Source: Chrysochromulina tobinii | Lineage: Eukaryota | NCBI GenBank assembly: GCA_001275005.1 | Contig: JWZX01002616.1 | Span: 1 to 38,089 of the forward strand | DNA length: 38,089 bases | Direction of reading: 5' to 3' | Shown here: positions 22,590 through 38,089 of the stretch, in pieces | Position numbering within the stretch: the stretch's first letter is position 1 | Layout: each line of letters begins with the position of its first letter | The notes under the pieces: generated by a model | The model's database searches: none | Seen by the model: the letters and a program-made list of their open reading frames with translations, nothing else | Told to the model about the DNA's origin: nothing | Made by a program: the position numbers and the translations under genes

Positions 22590-25500
22590 CTACTTGGCGA
22601 GGCATTCCCACTGCGAGCGACCGTACTCAGGGTAATGGACGAGCTTCATCGCCTGCAGGCCGCTGCAGACCTTGTCGGCCGCAGGCGGCGCGTTGCACTC
22701 CGCAGGGTCCTCGTAGCCGTAGCTGACGTTGACGTCACACAAGGCGGCGGCGGCTGGCTCCGTGCGACCGAGGGAGTCGACGCTGTACCCGGGCTGCGCG
22801 CTCACCTGTGGGGAAGGGGAGGGGCGCGCCGTGGTGAGCACGTGCATGCAGGGCGGGGGCGACCGAGGGAGTCGACGCTGTACCCGGGCTGCGCGCTCAC
22901 CTGTGGGGAAGGGGGAGGGGCGCGCCGTGGTGAGCACATGCATGCAGGGCGGGGGCGACCGAGGGAGTCGACGCTGTACCCGGGCTGCGCGCTCACCTGT
23001 GGGGAAGGGGAGGGGGCGCGCCGTGGTGAGCACGTGCATGCAGGGCGGGGGCGTCCGAGGGAGTCGACGCTGCACCCGGGCTGCGCACGCTCACTACGGC
23101 GCTCACCTGCTGCACACCACACGATCGGCCTGAGCCCATGCTCCTCAGCTGGTGTGAATGCTGTCCGTGAAGGCGTTCGAGCCATTCGCGGCCGAGAGGG
23201 AGAATGCGAGAGGGAGAATGATCCGAGACTTCACCTGATGAGGGAGGCAATCAGGGGTCATCAGGGAGAATGATCCGAGACTTCATCCGCGCGCAAGTTG
23301 TCGAACATGGCCGCATGGTCCACTCCAAGCGCCGTACCGAGCGACTGCATCGGCGCCCACCACGGCGCGCACCCCTTTGGGTCATTGGGGCCGAGGCAGC
23401 ACTGGCCATAGGAGGCCGACTGGTTGAAGCACTTGAGTTTCCCACAGCACGTGGTGTTACTCTGATCGCCGCACGGTCCACACACATCAATGAGTGAGAG
23501 GCAATCAGCGGCAATCAAAGGGAATCAAAGGGAATCAAAGGCCATTAATGTTAATCAACGGCCCTCCTCACGGCCCAAAAACGTCAACGTTCATCAACGT
23601 TCATCAACATTCATCAACATTCATCAACGGCCATCACCTGCCCTCCACACGGCTCAAAGACGTCGGACTTGCCAGGCGGCGGTTGGGTCGCGTTCGGACA
23701 GTAGCTGGGGGGCACGGGTGGCACCCTCGCCCGCCAGCAGGAGGCATTGGAGGCATTGAACGTGTCGACGTCGGGGGAGCCGGCACCCGGCCAGCACCTG
23801 ATGAGGCAGGCAATCAGAGGCAATCAGAGGCCATCAGAGGTCATCAGAGGTCATCAGAGGCCATCAGAGGTCATCAGTGGCCATCAGAGGTCATCAGAGG
23901 TCATCAGAGGTCATCAGTGGCCATCAGAGGCCATCAGATGCCATCAGAGGCCATCAGAGGCGATCAGAGGCGATCAGAGGTCATCAGAGGTCACCAGGTT
24001 CGGCGCCCGGCCAGCACCTATCGCCGATGATCATGTCGTCGAATCGCAATCAGGCGCCATCAGTCGCCATCAGTCGCCATCAGTCGCCATCAACGCACCC
24101 ATCGCCGATGATCATGTCGTCGCACACGGCGGTGTTGGTGTAACGGATGCACCTGATGAGGGAGGCCATCAGAGGCCATCAGAGACCATCAGAGGCCATC
24201 AGAGGGCACCAGGAGGCCATCAGAGGCCATCAGAGGTCATCAGGTGGGTGTAACGGTCGCACGTACGCTCGGGCGCCATCAGTCGCCATCAGACGCAATC
24301 AGTCGCAATCAGTGGAACGGACGCACGTTCGCTCGGGCTCGCGCGGCGAGAAGGCGACTGGGCAGGTAGCGCGTTGGTAGGGCACCTGCACAAAAGGTCC
24401 ACGCGTTTCAAATTAGTCAACGCGTTCCAAATTAGGTCAACTCACAAAAGTGCTCACAGGCACTGTGGCCATCGACGACGCACCGGCCCATTCATCTCGT
24501 CCAATCGCAATCATTCGCAATCATTCGCAATCATTCGCAATCAGTCGCCATCATCGCACCGGCCCATCCATCTCATCCGACCACTCATTTGCTGGCAGGT
24601 TGGCACAGCCATGCACGCCTTCGCTCGTGATCAGCCGCCCATCGGCATCGACATTGCGCGCCGCGCCGCGTCCCACCTGTGGGGAATGGTGGGGGGGCGC
24701 CGTTCTGAGCACTTGCATGCGGCATCGACATTGCGCGCCGCGCCGCGTCCCACCTCCCACGTGCCACTCGGTGGCAATCAGTCGCAATCAGCCGTCATCA
24801 GCCGTCATCAGTCGACCCACCTCCCACGTGGCATTCGGTGGCAAGCTGAAGCATTGAGCGGCGTCAGGCGATCGGCAGTCCATCATCTGCGTGATCTGTG
24901 CGTCCGTTCGCAGCACATACCTGTGGGGAAGGGGGGGCGCCGTGGTGAGCACATGCATGCAGTCCATCATCTGCGTGATCTGTACGTCCACATACCTGCC
25001 AAATTAGGGACGCCTTCAGTGAGCTCAACAGACCGCAATCAGTCGCCATCACACGTCAACAGACCGCAATCAGCCGCAATCCAGTCGCAATCAGCCGCCA
25101 TCAGTCATCATCAGTCATCATCAGCCGCCATCAGCCGCCATCAATCGCCATCAACGTACCGGCGCATCCACTCCTCCAACCGCAATCAGTCATCATCAGT
25201 CATCATCAGCCACCATCAGCCGCCATCAATCGCCATCAACGTACCGGCGCATCCACTCCTCCCCCGAGCCACCAAATTCGTGTGTGCCCCACTCAAGTGG
25301 GCGCGGCGAGCTGCCCAACCTGGCGCCGCCCTCCCGAGCGCCGTCCCGAGCGCCGACTCGAGCGCCGTCCCGAGCGCCGTTCCGGTCGATGGGTCGCAGG
25401 CTTGGGTTGCACGGGGTGACGCCGTGGCCGCAGGGGGCGGTGGCGGCGGAGTCGTTCCGCCTGAGGCCGGTGAGCTCGGTCAGCTGGAACGGGCAGCCCA

Positions 25501-28500
25501 CCTGTGGGGAAAAGGGGAGGGAGGACGGCGCCGTGATGAGCACTTGCATGCGGGCGAGAGCACGATCCGCTGTAACGGGCAGAGCCGTGATGAGCACTTG
25601 CATGCGGGCGAGAGCACGATCCGCTGTAACGGGCAGAGCCGTGATGAGCACTTGCATGCGGGCGAGAGCACGATCCGCTGTAACGGGCAGAGCCGTGATG
25701 AGCACTTGCATGCGGGCGAGAGCACGAGCCGCTGTAACGGGCACAGCCGTGATGAGCACTTGCATGCGGGCGAGAGCACGATCCGCTGTAACGGCACAGC
25801 CCACCTCTTGCCGCGAGCCCAATGGGGCGTCCCAAATTAGGGAGGGGCAATCAAGTGCAATTAGAGGGGCAATCAACGGCAATCAACGGCCGTTACCTCT
25901 TGCCACGAGCCCAACGGATTCAGACAGCCGAACCGGTGCTTGATGGCTATGAAGGCGGACTCGACCAGATCTGCCTTGGCGTCTTTTGGGGAGGCGAAGA
26001 CCTGTGAACAAGGCAGATCTGTGAATGAGCTCACTGGTCTTTTGGGGAGTTCACAGGTCTTTTGGGGAGTTCACAGGTCTTTTGGGGAGGCGAAGACCGG
26101 ATTCGAAAAGGAGAACCAAGCCTCGATCTTGGCACGCAGCACGTCGTCATCGTCCGGGATGGCGTCACAGAGCGGCGTGTTCTGCCGACGGGCGGGGCGT
26201 CCCAAATTAGGGCAGGCGTCCCAAATTAGGGAGGCGAAATCAAGTGCAATTAGAAAGGGTGTGTTCTGTCGACGGGCGGGGCGTGCCTTGTAGTTATGCA
26301 ATCAAAGGTCATCAAGGGCACTCAAGTGCAATCACGCACCTCTAGATTGGCCGCCCCAAAGTTACGCAATCAGAGGTAATCAAGAGCAATCACGCACCTC
26401 TAGATTGGCCGCCCCAAAGTTACGCAATCAAGAGCACTCAAGAGCAATCACGCACCTCTAGATTGGCCGCCCAAAAGTTGTCCGCGACGGGTGCGGGCCA
26501 CGTGGCTACATCGGCGGCTCCACTCGGTGGGCAGTGGATGCGGCAGCGCTGCTCGCACATGGAGCGCTCGTAGTTAGAAGTGTGGGAGGAGGCCGTACCG
26601 CCGCCCGTGGCGCCGCCGGTGATGGCGGCGGTGAGGGCGCACACGCTCGTGCAATTCTCGTACGTTCCATTGCCGTGCGGGCAGCGCGCCGCGTCGCATA
26701 GCTGCAAGCAGCGCGGCACGCCCGTGCCGTTGGCGCCGTGCTGGGCGCAGGCCTCGGCACAGCCGGTGTGGTTGAATCCAGGCACCTGTGGGGAAGTGGA
26801 GGGGCGCCGTGGTGAGCACACGCATGCAATTAGAGGTGCAATCAAGTGCAATTAGAGGTGTGGTTGAATCCAGGTACGACGCATGCAATTAGAGGTGCAA
26901 TCAAGTGCAATTAAGTGCAATTAGAGGTGTGGTTGAATCCAGGTACGTTGCCCCATAAATGCGAGCACGTCGAGTGCAATTAGAGGTGCAATCAAGTGCA
27001 ATTAGAGGTGCAATCAAGTGCAATCCAGGTACGTTGCCCCATAAATGCGAGCACGTCGAGTGCCGACCAAAAGCGTCGTTGCTCGCCCACGCGCCCGCGC
27101 CGCCCTGCGCCATGTACAGGTCGAATGCGTTGTTCAGCCCTGTGTTGATAGATTGCATGATGATGTCGATGCTCTCTGGTCCTGAGGACGGCCACTGCCA
27201 CCCCTTGCCGCCCACCTGATGAGGGAGGCAATTAGACGTCATCAGAGTGATGATGTCGATGCTCTCTGGTCCTGAGGACGGCCACTGCCACCCCTTGCCG
27301 CCCACCTGATGAGGGAGGCAATTAGACGTCATCAGAGTGAGGACGGCCACTGCCACCCCTTGCCGCCCACCTCGGCGCTCGTGTTCAGGCGTAGCTGGAA
27401 GCAGCGGCCGTTGTTGTTGTGGGTGTACCCAAGCTGGAGGCCACACTTGTCTCCGTGAGAGTCGCACTCCATCACCGCATTGTCCGCCACCCCCGCCGAA
27501 CCTGTGGGGAGGTGGAGGGGCGCCGTGGTGAGCACACGCATGCAATTAGAGGTTCAATCAAGTGCAATTAGAGGCCACCCCCGCCGAACCGACGGCAAAG
27601 AAGACATGCACGCCCGCCCGCTGGAGCGACGAGATCGCCTTGCCTGTGGGGAAGGGGAGGGGCGCCGTGGTGAGCACATGCATGCACGCCCGCCCGCTGG
27701 AGCGACGAGATCGCCTCGCCTGCTTCCGATCCAGACGCAATCAGACGCAATCAGACGCAATCAGACGCAATCAGACGCAATCCCTCGCCTGCTTCCGATC
27801 CAGACGCGACCTCGAGCTCGAGCGCTTGCTGCATCGCGACAGAGCCTAGCATCTGCACACAAGCGTCACGGCATGCAATTGCAGTAGTCATCAGTGAGAG
27901 CAGCTGCACAAGCGTCACGGCATGCAATGAGTGTGGCCATCAGTGGCCCCCAGTGACCACCCAGTGCAAACGAATGCAATCCAGTGCAATACAGTGCAAT
28001 CCCAAGTCACTGCTCCGTACGCGCCGTAGTGATCACTTGCATGCAAGGCAGGTGGTAATCAGTGAGCAATCAACGCGCCTGCGCATGTGGCGCAATCAAG
28101 AGCAATCAAGAGCTCTCGATAGCAATCAAGAGCCATCAAGAGCCATCACGCACCTGCTCGTGCGGAGCAAAGCAGACGTTATTTCCCACACCTGCGACGC
28201 AGGCTGAAGGCCCGTTGGTCACAGGCGGTGAGCGTGGGGGGGGCGACGCGAGGGGCGACGACGGCGGCAGCGAGGGCGGCAGCGAAGGCGGCAAGAAAGG
28301 TGGCAGCGACGGTGGCGGCGGCGAGGACGGCGGGTTGAAACGGCAAAAGGAGCGCCAAGCATCGATCTTGCGGCATGAGGCGTGCGCATAATCACAGCAG
28401 TCGGTCGGGCCGATCCAAAGGAGGCCGCCGCACTGGGCGCCATCGGCCGCGCATCCCCGGGGAATCGTGAGGTCGGCCACGAGCAAGCCGCCGAAGAAGG

Positions 28501-29035
28501 CGGCGAGGACCAGCCCGACGCCCGCCCCCCACCCGAGCCGTGAGCAGGCGGTGCGACGAGGCGGCCGCGCCTTGGGGTGCTCGGTACGGCGCTTGAGGAA
28601 GGGCGCGGAGAGCGCGCCCATCGCAGCGCTCGGCATGGGCTCCAGCGCGCACAGAGACGCATGCATCTCGGAGGAGCCGGCGTTGGAGCTGTAGGCCAAG
28701 GGTGGGACGTCGGCGATCGCAGGCAGAGAAGACGTGCTATGGAAGGGCGTCGCAGCGCCGCTGCTGCGCAAGCTCTGGGCGCTCGCATTGATCGAGCTGG
28801 CCATGTCTCCAACCGCCCCGAGGGAGTCGTAAGCTGCGCCTCGGAACGCCGTGGTCGACGCCGTGGCCTCCCTCGCCGAGTCGTCGCCTCCCTCGGAGTC
28901 GTCGACGTCGTTGCCCTCGGCTTCGCCCGTTCTGAGTCTCCGAATACCGAGCCGCAGCGCAGCAACTACGCCATCTTCGGCATCGCCCGTTCTGAGAAGG
29001 CTGTGCCGCACTGCGGCGAGACCGGCCGCCAGCAT
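22590..29035 (-). CDS. Membrane-anchored GH45-like endoglucanase with two CBM1-like modules (~1,015 aa), apparently circularly permuted
   Basis: 17 phase-consistent exons: 29035-28154, 27852-27789, 27643-27590, 27501-27371, 27215-27033, 26785-26456, 26181-26098, 26001-25897, 25501-25245, 24920-24821, 24676-24560, 24385-24327, 24152-24099, 23797-23638, 23461-23338, 23234-23107, 22805-22590. TM GWGAGVGLVLAAFFGGLLVA; CBM1 QCGGLLWIGPTDCC..C..WRSFC; Pro linker; GH45 motifs GRCFQL, MQSINTG..FDLYMAQGGAG, NP..WQE|VGCPFQLTELTGLRRND; second CBM1 PCGGQ|SNTTCC..C..SYGQC. Confidence 0.8.
25530..25800 (-). repeat. 54-bp tandem array, ~5 copies, containing part of cassette B
   Basis: gccgtgatgagcacttgcatgcgggcgagagcacgatccgctgtaacgggcaga repeated on the + strand. 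Confidence 0.9.
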
Positions 29036-29267
29036 TGAACCGCGCGAGTGCCCCGACAGGTTCCCAGGGCTGTGGGGGGGAGTAGGAGAAGTCGCGTTTC
29101 GTTCCTTCGGCCGCGCCGACGGCCAAAACTACTGAAGATGAGGCGCCAGATGAGGTGGGTTCGCCCACACCCAAACCTTGGGGCTCCCTGCCCCTTGCCA
29201 AACTTAGTGAAAACTTCAAACTTGCGTTGCTCCGAAACAAGCGCCCGTGTTCCCCGCTCCGCGGCGT

Positions 29268-29277
29268 TTATATAAAG
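29268..29277. promoter_or_regulatory. Possible TATA box in the short divergent promoter between the GH45-like and ankyrin genes
   Basis: TTATATAAAG in a 257-bp intergenic region of otherwise GC-rich DNA; unusually close to the ATG at 29293. Confidence 0.3.
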
Positions 29278-29292
29278 CTCTAGGCGCCATCT

Positions 29293-30634
29293 ATGTCTAC
29301 CCCCCAGAAGACGACGCCGACCAACTCCGATCGTGATGAGACTGCGTTCGACCCTGAGGCCACTGGCAAGAAGCTTTTTGACGCGGCCGTGAACGGCCGT
29401 GGAAAGGTCGTTCGTGAAATTCTCGCCGCGGCGGGCAGAGGCCCCTACATCGATTACAAGAACAGCTTCGGTCAGACGCCGCTGTACATGGCCTCGTACG
29501 GAGGCAAGCATGAGTGCGTCAAGATGTTGCTCGAACACGGCGCCGGGGTCGACTTGCAGACCGCCTCCGGACGGACGGCGCTCATCGCCGCCGCCCTCGA
29601 CGAGAAGCCCGAGTGCGTCAAGCTGCTGCTCGAGTACGGCGCTTCGGTGAGCGCGGTCGACGCCAAAGGCAAGTCGGCGCTCGACCACGCGCGCGCCAAG
29701 GGCTTCACGGCGATCGTCTCCATGCTCGAGCTCAGTGTACAGCGGTCGCCCAAGAATTCCGTCCCTCGAGGCAACAGGTGCGACTGATGGCCCGTGACTG
29801 GCTTTGATTGATTCGTTAATTGCCTCCCTCGAGGCCACAGGTGCGACTGATGGCCCTTGACTGGCTTTGATTGATTCGTTAATTGCCTCGCTCGAGGCCA
29901 CAGGTCGCCCAAGTCCCTCGAGATCTCCGACTGCGCGCCGCCGCCGCTGCGATCGCCGGGGGAGCGGGGGAGAATGGTCGAGCAAGCCTTCCGGCGCATC
30001 GACAGCGACGGCGACGGGCGCCTGTCGCGGGCGAAGGTGCTCTCGGCATGCAACGATGACGATGAGGTGCGATCTCCCTTGATTGCCTCTCATCGCCTGT
30101 GGGTGTGATGCTCTCGGCATGCAACGATGACGATGAGGTGCGATCTCCCTTGATTGCCTCTCATCGCCTGTGGGTGTGATGCTCTCGGCATGCAACGATG
30201 ACGATGAGGTGCGAGCGCTGCTTGTGTTTAGCCTCCCTCATCACATGTGCTCCAGCATGTAACCGCCGCATGCAAGTGCTCACCACGGCGCCCGCCTCCC
30301 CACAGGTGCGAGCGCTGCTTGGGCTCCCTCACCACGTGCTCCAGAAGATTGTCGATGCGGCCTTCGACAGGCTTCGTGACGACACGCGCATGATTGAGCT
30401 GGACGAGTTCCAACGGGTCTTTGCGGACGCCCATGAAGCCCATGCTCAGGTGTGTGACGAGATTGACGAGATTGACGAGATTGACGAGATTGACGAGATT
30501 GACGAGATTGACGAGAGATTGATCCTCACTGTCTTTGCGGACGCTCTGCTCCTCAGGGCCGATCGTTCGCATACCAAATTGATGAGCTCATCAGCTCTCG
30601 CTTCCCTCCACCAGCCGGATGCGCGCAGCAGTAA
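29293..30634 (+). CDS. Ankyrin-repeat + EF-hand protein
   Basis: Exons 29293-29777, 29904-30066, 30306-30449, 30557-30634 (3' end uncertain; may extend to ~30734). Ankyrin motifs GQTPLYMAS, GRTALIAAA, GKSALDHA; EF-hand AFRRIDSDGDGRLS. Confidence 0.85.
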
Positions 30635-30943
30635 TGGGCTCATTAGCTCTCGCTTCATTCCACCAGCCGGAGGCGCGCAGCAGCAGTCCTTTGGGGGGAA
30701 AAGCACTCGGCGGCGGCGGCGAATGTTGCAGTGACTGCTCGACTGCGGCTGCACGCACACGCGTGGCGCAGGTTGCAGTGACAGGTTGACTGCTGCACGC
30801 ACACGCCTGGCGCATGGCCGAATGACGAGATTGACGAGATTGACGAGATTTGCGAGATTGACCGCCTGGCGCATGGCCGAATAGGAGAAGAAATAGGACT
30901 ACTGTTGCTGCGTCGCCGGCGCCGCTGGGGGGGCGGAGGCGAC

Positions 30944-31190
30944 GTGCGAGGACCGACGCGGCTGTGTCCCTGATGAGGGAGGCAATCAGAGGTCATCAGT
31001 GCGAGGACCGACGCGGCTGTGTCCCTGATGAGGGAGGCAATCAGAGGTCATCAGTGCGAGGACCGACGCGGCTGTGTCCCTGATGAGGGAGGCAATCAGA
31101 GGTCATCAGTGCGAGGACCGACGCGGCTGTGTCCCTGATGAGGGAGGCAATCAGAGGTCATCAGTGCGAGTACCGACGCGGCTGTGTCCA
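30944..31190 (-). repeat. ~58-bp tandem array x4 with acceptor cassette A in minus orientation
   Basis: gtgcgaggaccgacgcggctgtgtccctgatgagggaggcaatcagaggtcatca repeated on the + strand. Confidence 0.9.
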
Positions 31191-31586
31191 GTACAACGAC
31201 CCATTCCCGACTGCAGTGGAGCGAATGCTATTGCCATGTGCTGCATGCACCGCCCCGGTCCCCTCCATCCATCTTCCTCTCTCGCCCTTCACGGTACACT
31301 CTTCGGACACAGGCGTCCATGTCGTGTCACGAAGGTTCGAGACCGATCGAGAGTGTGCGGTGTGCCCAGTTGTCCCACATGAGATCCCATCTCCATGTCG
31401 TGTGAAAGGTTCGAGAGTGCGGTAGCAAGCAAGTTCCAAAAGAAGGATCGAATAGAGGACCACGCCAGACATGGGTCAAGAAGCATCCCGTTAATTAGAA
31501 AAGAGAGTTTGTGCACTGTTCACAGTAACGGACCTTTTCCATGCGACGCGCTGCCGCGAGACCCTCCCTCAGCCGGCCGCACACGG

Positions 31587-36790
<5,204 letters not shown>

Positions 36791-37689
36791 CCCACTAGCC
36801 TAGCCCATGCTATCCAATGCGGATCTGAGGAGGACCATAATTGACGTAACCTAGCCCATGCTATCCCATGCGGATCTGAGGACCTCCATTGACGGTGCAA
36901 CTGTATGACGCTCTGGGCTTGGAAAGAAGTCGTGTTGTGAATGGCCGACCATCTCACAGCGCGCGCGCTCGAGCATGTGGTGCGTGGCTGCTCTGTTTCA
37001 CTTTCAGTTACAAATCTCAAGATCGAAGTTGAAGGCCACACAATCACAATACACAAAGTTCGGACCACACTGTGTCGCGCTGCAGTGCACCCAGCCTGTC
37101 GGCAACGGCGCGACACTTACCAACATACAAGCGATTTTCCGACAACTGTCTTCCCGCTCCAGCTGTTCTTTGTATGGTTATTGAAGAGGTATTGAGTTGG
37201 TTTGCCTTTTATTCTTCCCCAATCCCTGACCAGACCGGCGCATTCCCAAGCCGACGGTCTGGTTAGGGGTACACACAAATAAATACCATACTACATGCGA
37301 TCTATCGAGTATCACTCGCAGAGTGGGTTGCGGGTGGGCGGGTTTCAAGAGAGAGAGAATGGACCGGGTGTGGTGTAGTTTATTACTCAAATCGGTGTAG
37401 TTTATTACTCAACGCATTCCAATGCATTTTTGCGCATTCTAATGCATTTGAATGCATTTTTAGTGCATTCTTTGTATGCTGCATTCTAGAATTTGTTGCA
37501 TTTTCATGCATTCTAGACCCCCTTTATTTGCATTCTCTACTGCTGCATTCTTCGTTCTCGCGGTGTGTGCGGGGGGCTATCAGTCCAAATAGCTACGTAG
37601 CAGCTATTTCTTGCCTCAGATAGCTCAGATAGCCCACGACTATCTTTTATAGCTATAGAATAGCTATGTTTCGCCATAGTGCAACCGCC

Positions 37690-38089
37690 ATGGCCGAAGG
37701 ACGAACCACCACCGACACCCTCGCCCATCTCCCCACCTACGAAAGTTCGCGAATGACCGAGGCTAGGCACGCTGCCTACCAGCACGACGTGGATTCCTCG
37801 TTGGACGCCACCCGAGACGGGCACCTCCAAATACCAAGGAAGGACCTGAAGAAGGCGGTGTTCTTCAAATGCCCCACTAGGCTACTCCGGGAATCACCCA
37901 CTGTCGAAGACGAGACATGCCCACTGTTCAACGTGAACTGGCAAGACACCCTCGACTCGGAAGAGGAGGAGGACACCACTAAGTACTACTCAGTACGGGC
38001 TGACTTACTCATTGACGATGGCACCGGCGCACGCATCCCCCTGAGTAGCGTGGTCGACTCGGGCGCCGCTTGGACAGCTCTGAAGCATG
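37690..38089 (+). mobile_element. 5' part of an ORF with a retropepsin (aspartyl protease) motif; probable LTR-retrotransposon pol, truncated by the window edge
   Basis: Open from ATG 37690 to the end: MAEGRTTT...YYSVRADLLIDDGTGARIPLSSVVDSGAAWTAL, with the hh-DSGA motif at 38050-38067. Intronless, lower GC, with AT-rich upstream DNA. Absent from the ORF track because it has no stop in the window. Confidence 0.6.

Noticed and set aside
28966..30195. 409-aa minus-strand ORF and 305-aa ORF 31569-32486
   Set aside because: GC-rich antisense shadows of the ankyrin and kinesin genes, with no recognisable motifs.
36795..36895. ~52-bp imperfect direct repeat after the kinesin stop, as a possible LTR edge
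   Set aside because: Only two adjacent copies with no TG..CA boundaries or partner LTR; treated as a local 3' UTR duplication.

Overview
GC-rich eukaryotic genomic DNA. Gene content and intron style suggest a haptophyte alga such as Chrysochromulina (inference, not searched). Spliced by hand, the window holds nine host genes: FkbM methyltransferase (-), a ~27-exon ~1,760-aa coiled-coil TSNAXIP1-like protein (+), a lipid-anchored tandem HET-like protein (+), a membrane sulfotransferase (+), mitoribosomal mS33 (+), a TIGR02466-type 2OG-Fe(II) oxygenase (+), a 17-exon CBM1/GH45-like glucanase that looks circularly permuted (-), an ankyrin/EF-hand protein (+) and kinesin-13 (+). A retropepsin-bearing ORF starts at the right edge. 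The main observation is the architecture of the ~70 introns. Most are built from three parts: duplicated pieces of the flanking exons, sense-strand ~10-nt satellites that resemble branch-point arrays, and one of two reusable 3' splice-site cassettes (GATTGCCTCCCTCATCAG; GCATGCAAGTGCTCACCACGGCGC..CCCCACAG). Many introns contain copies that span the spliced exon-exon junction, and the intronic copies differ from the exons mostly at synonymous codon positions. This suggests an active intron-building process that may copy a diverged coding (intronless or cDNA) template. All gene models are manual and need RNA-seq confirmation. Most ORFs in the supplied track are antisense artefacts of the satellites.
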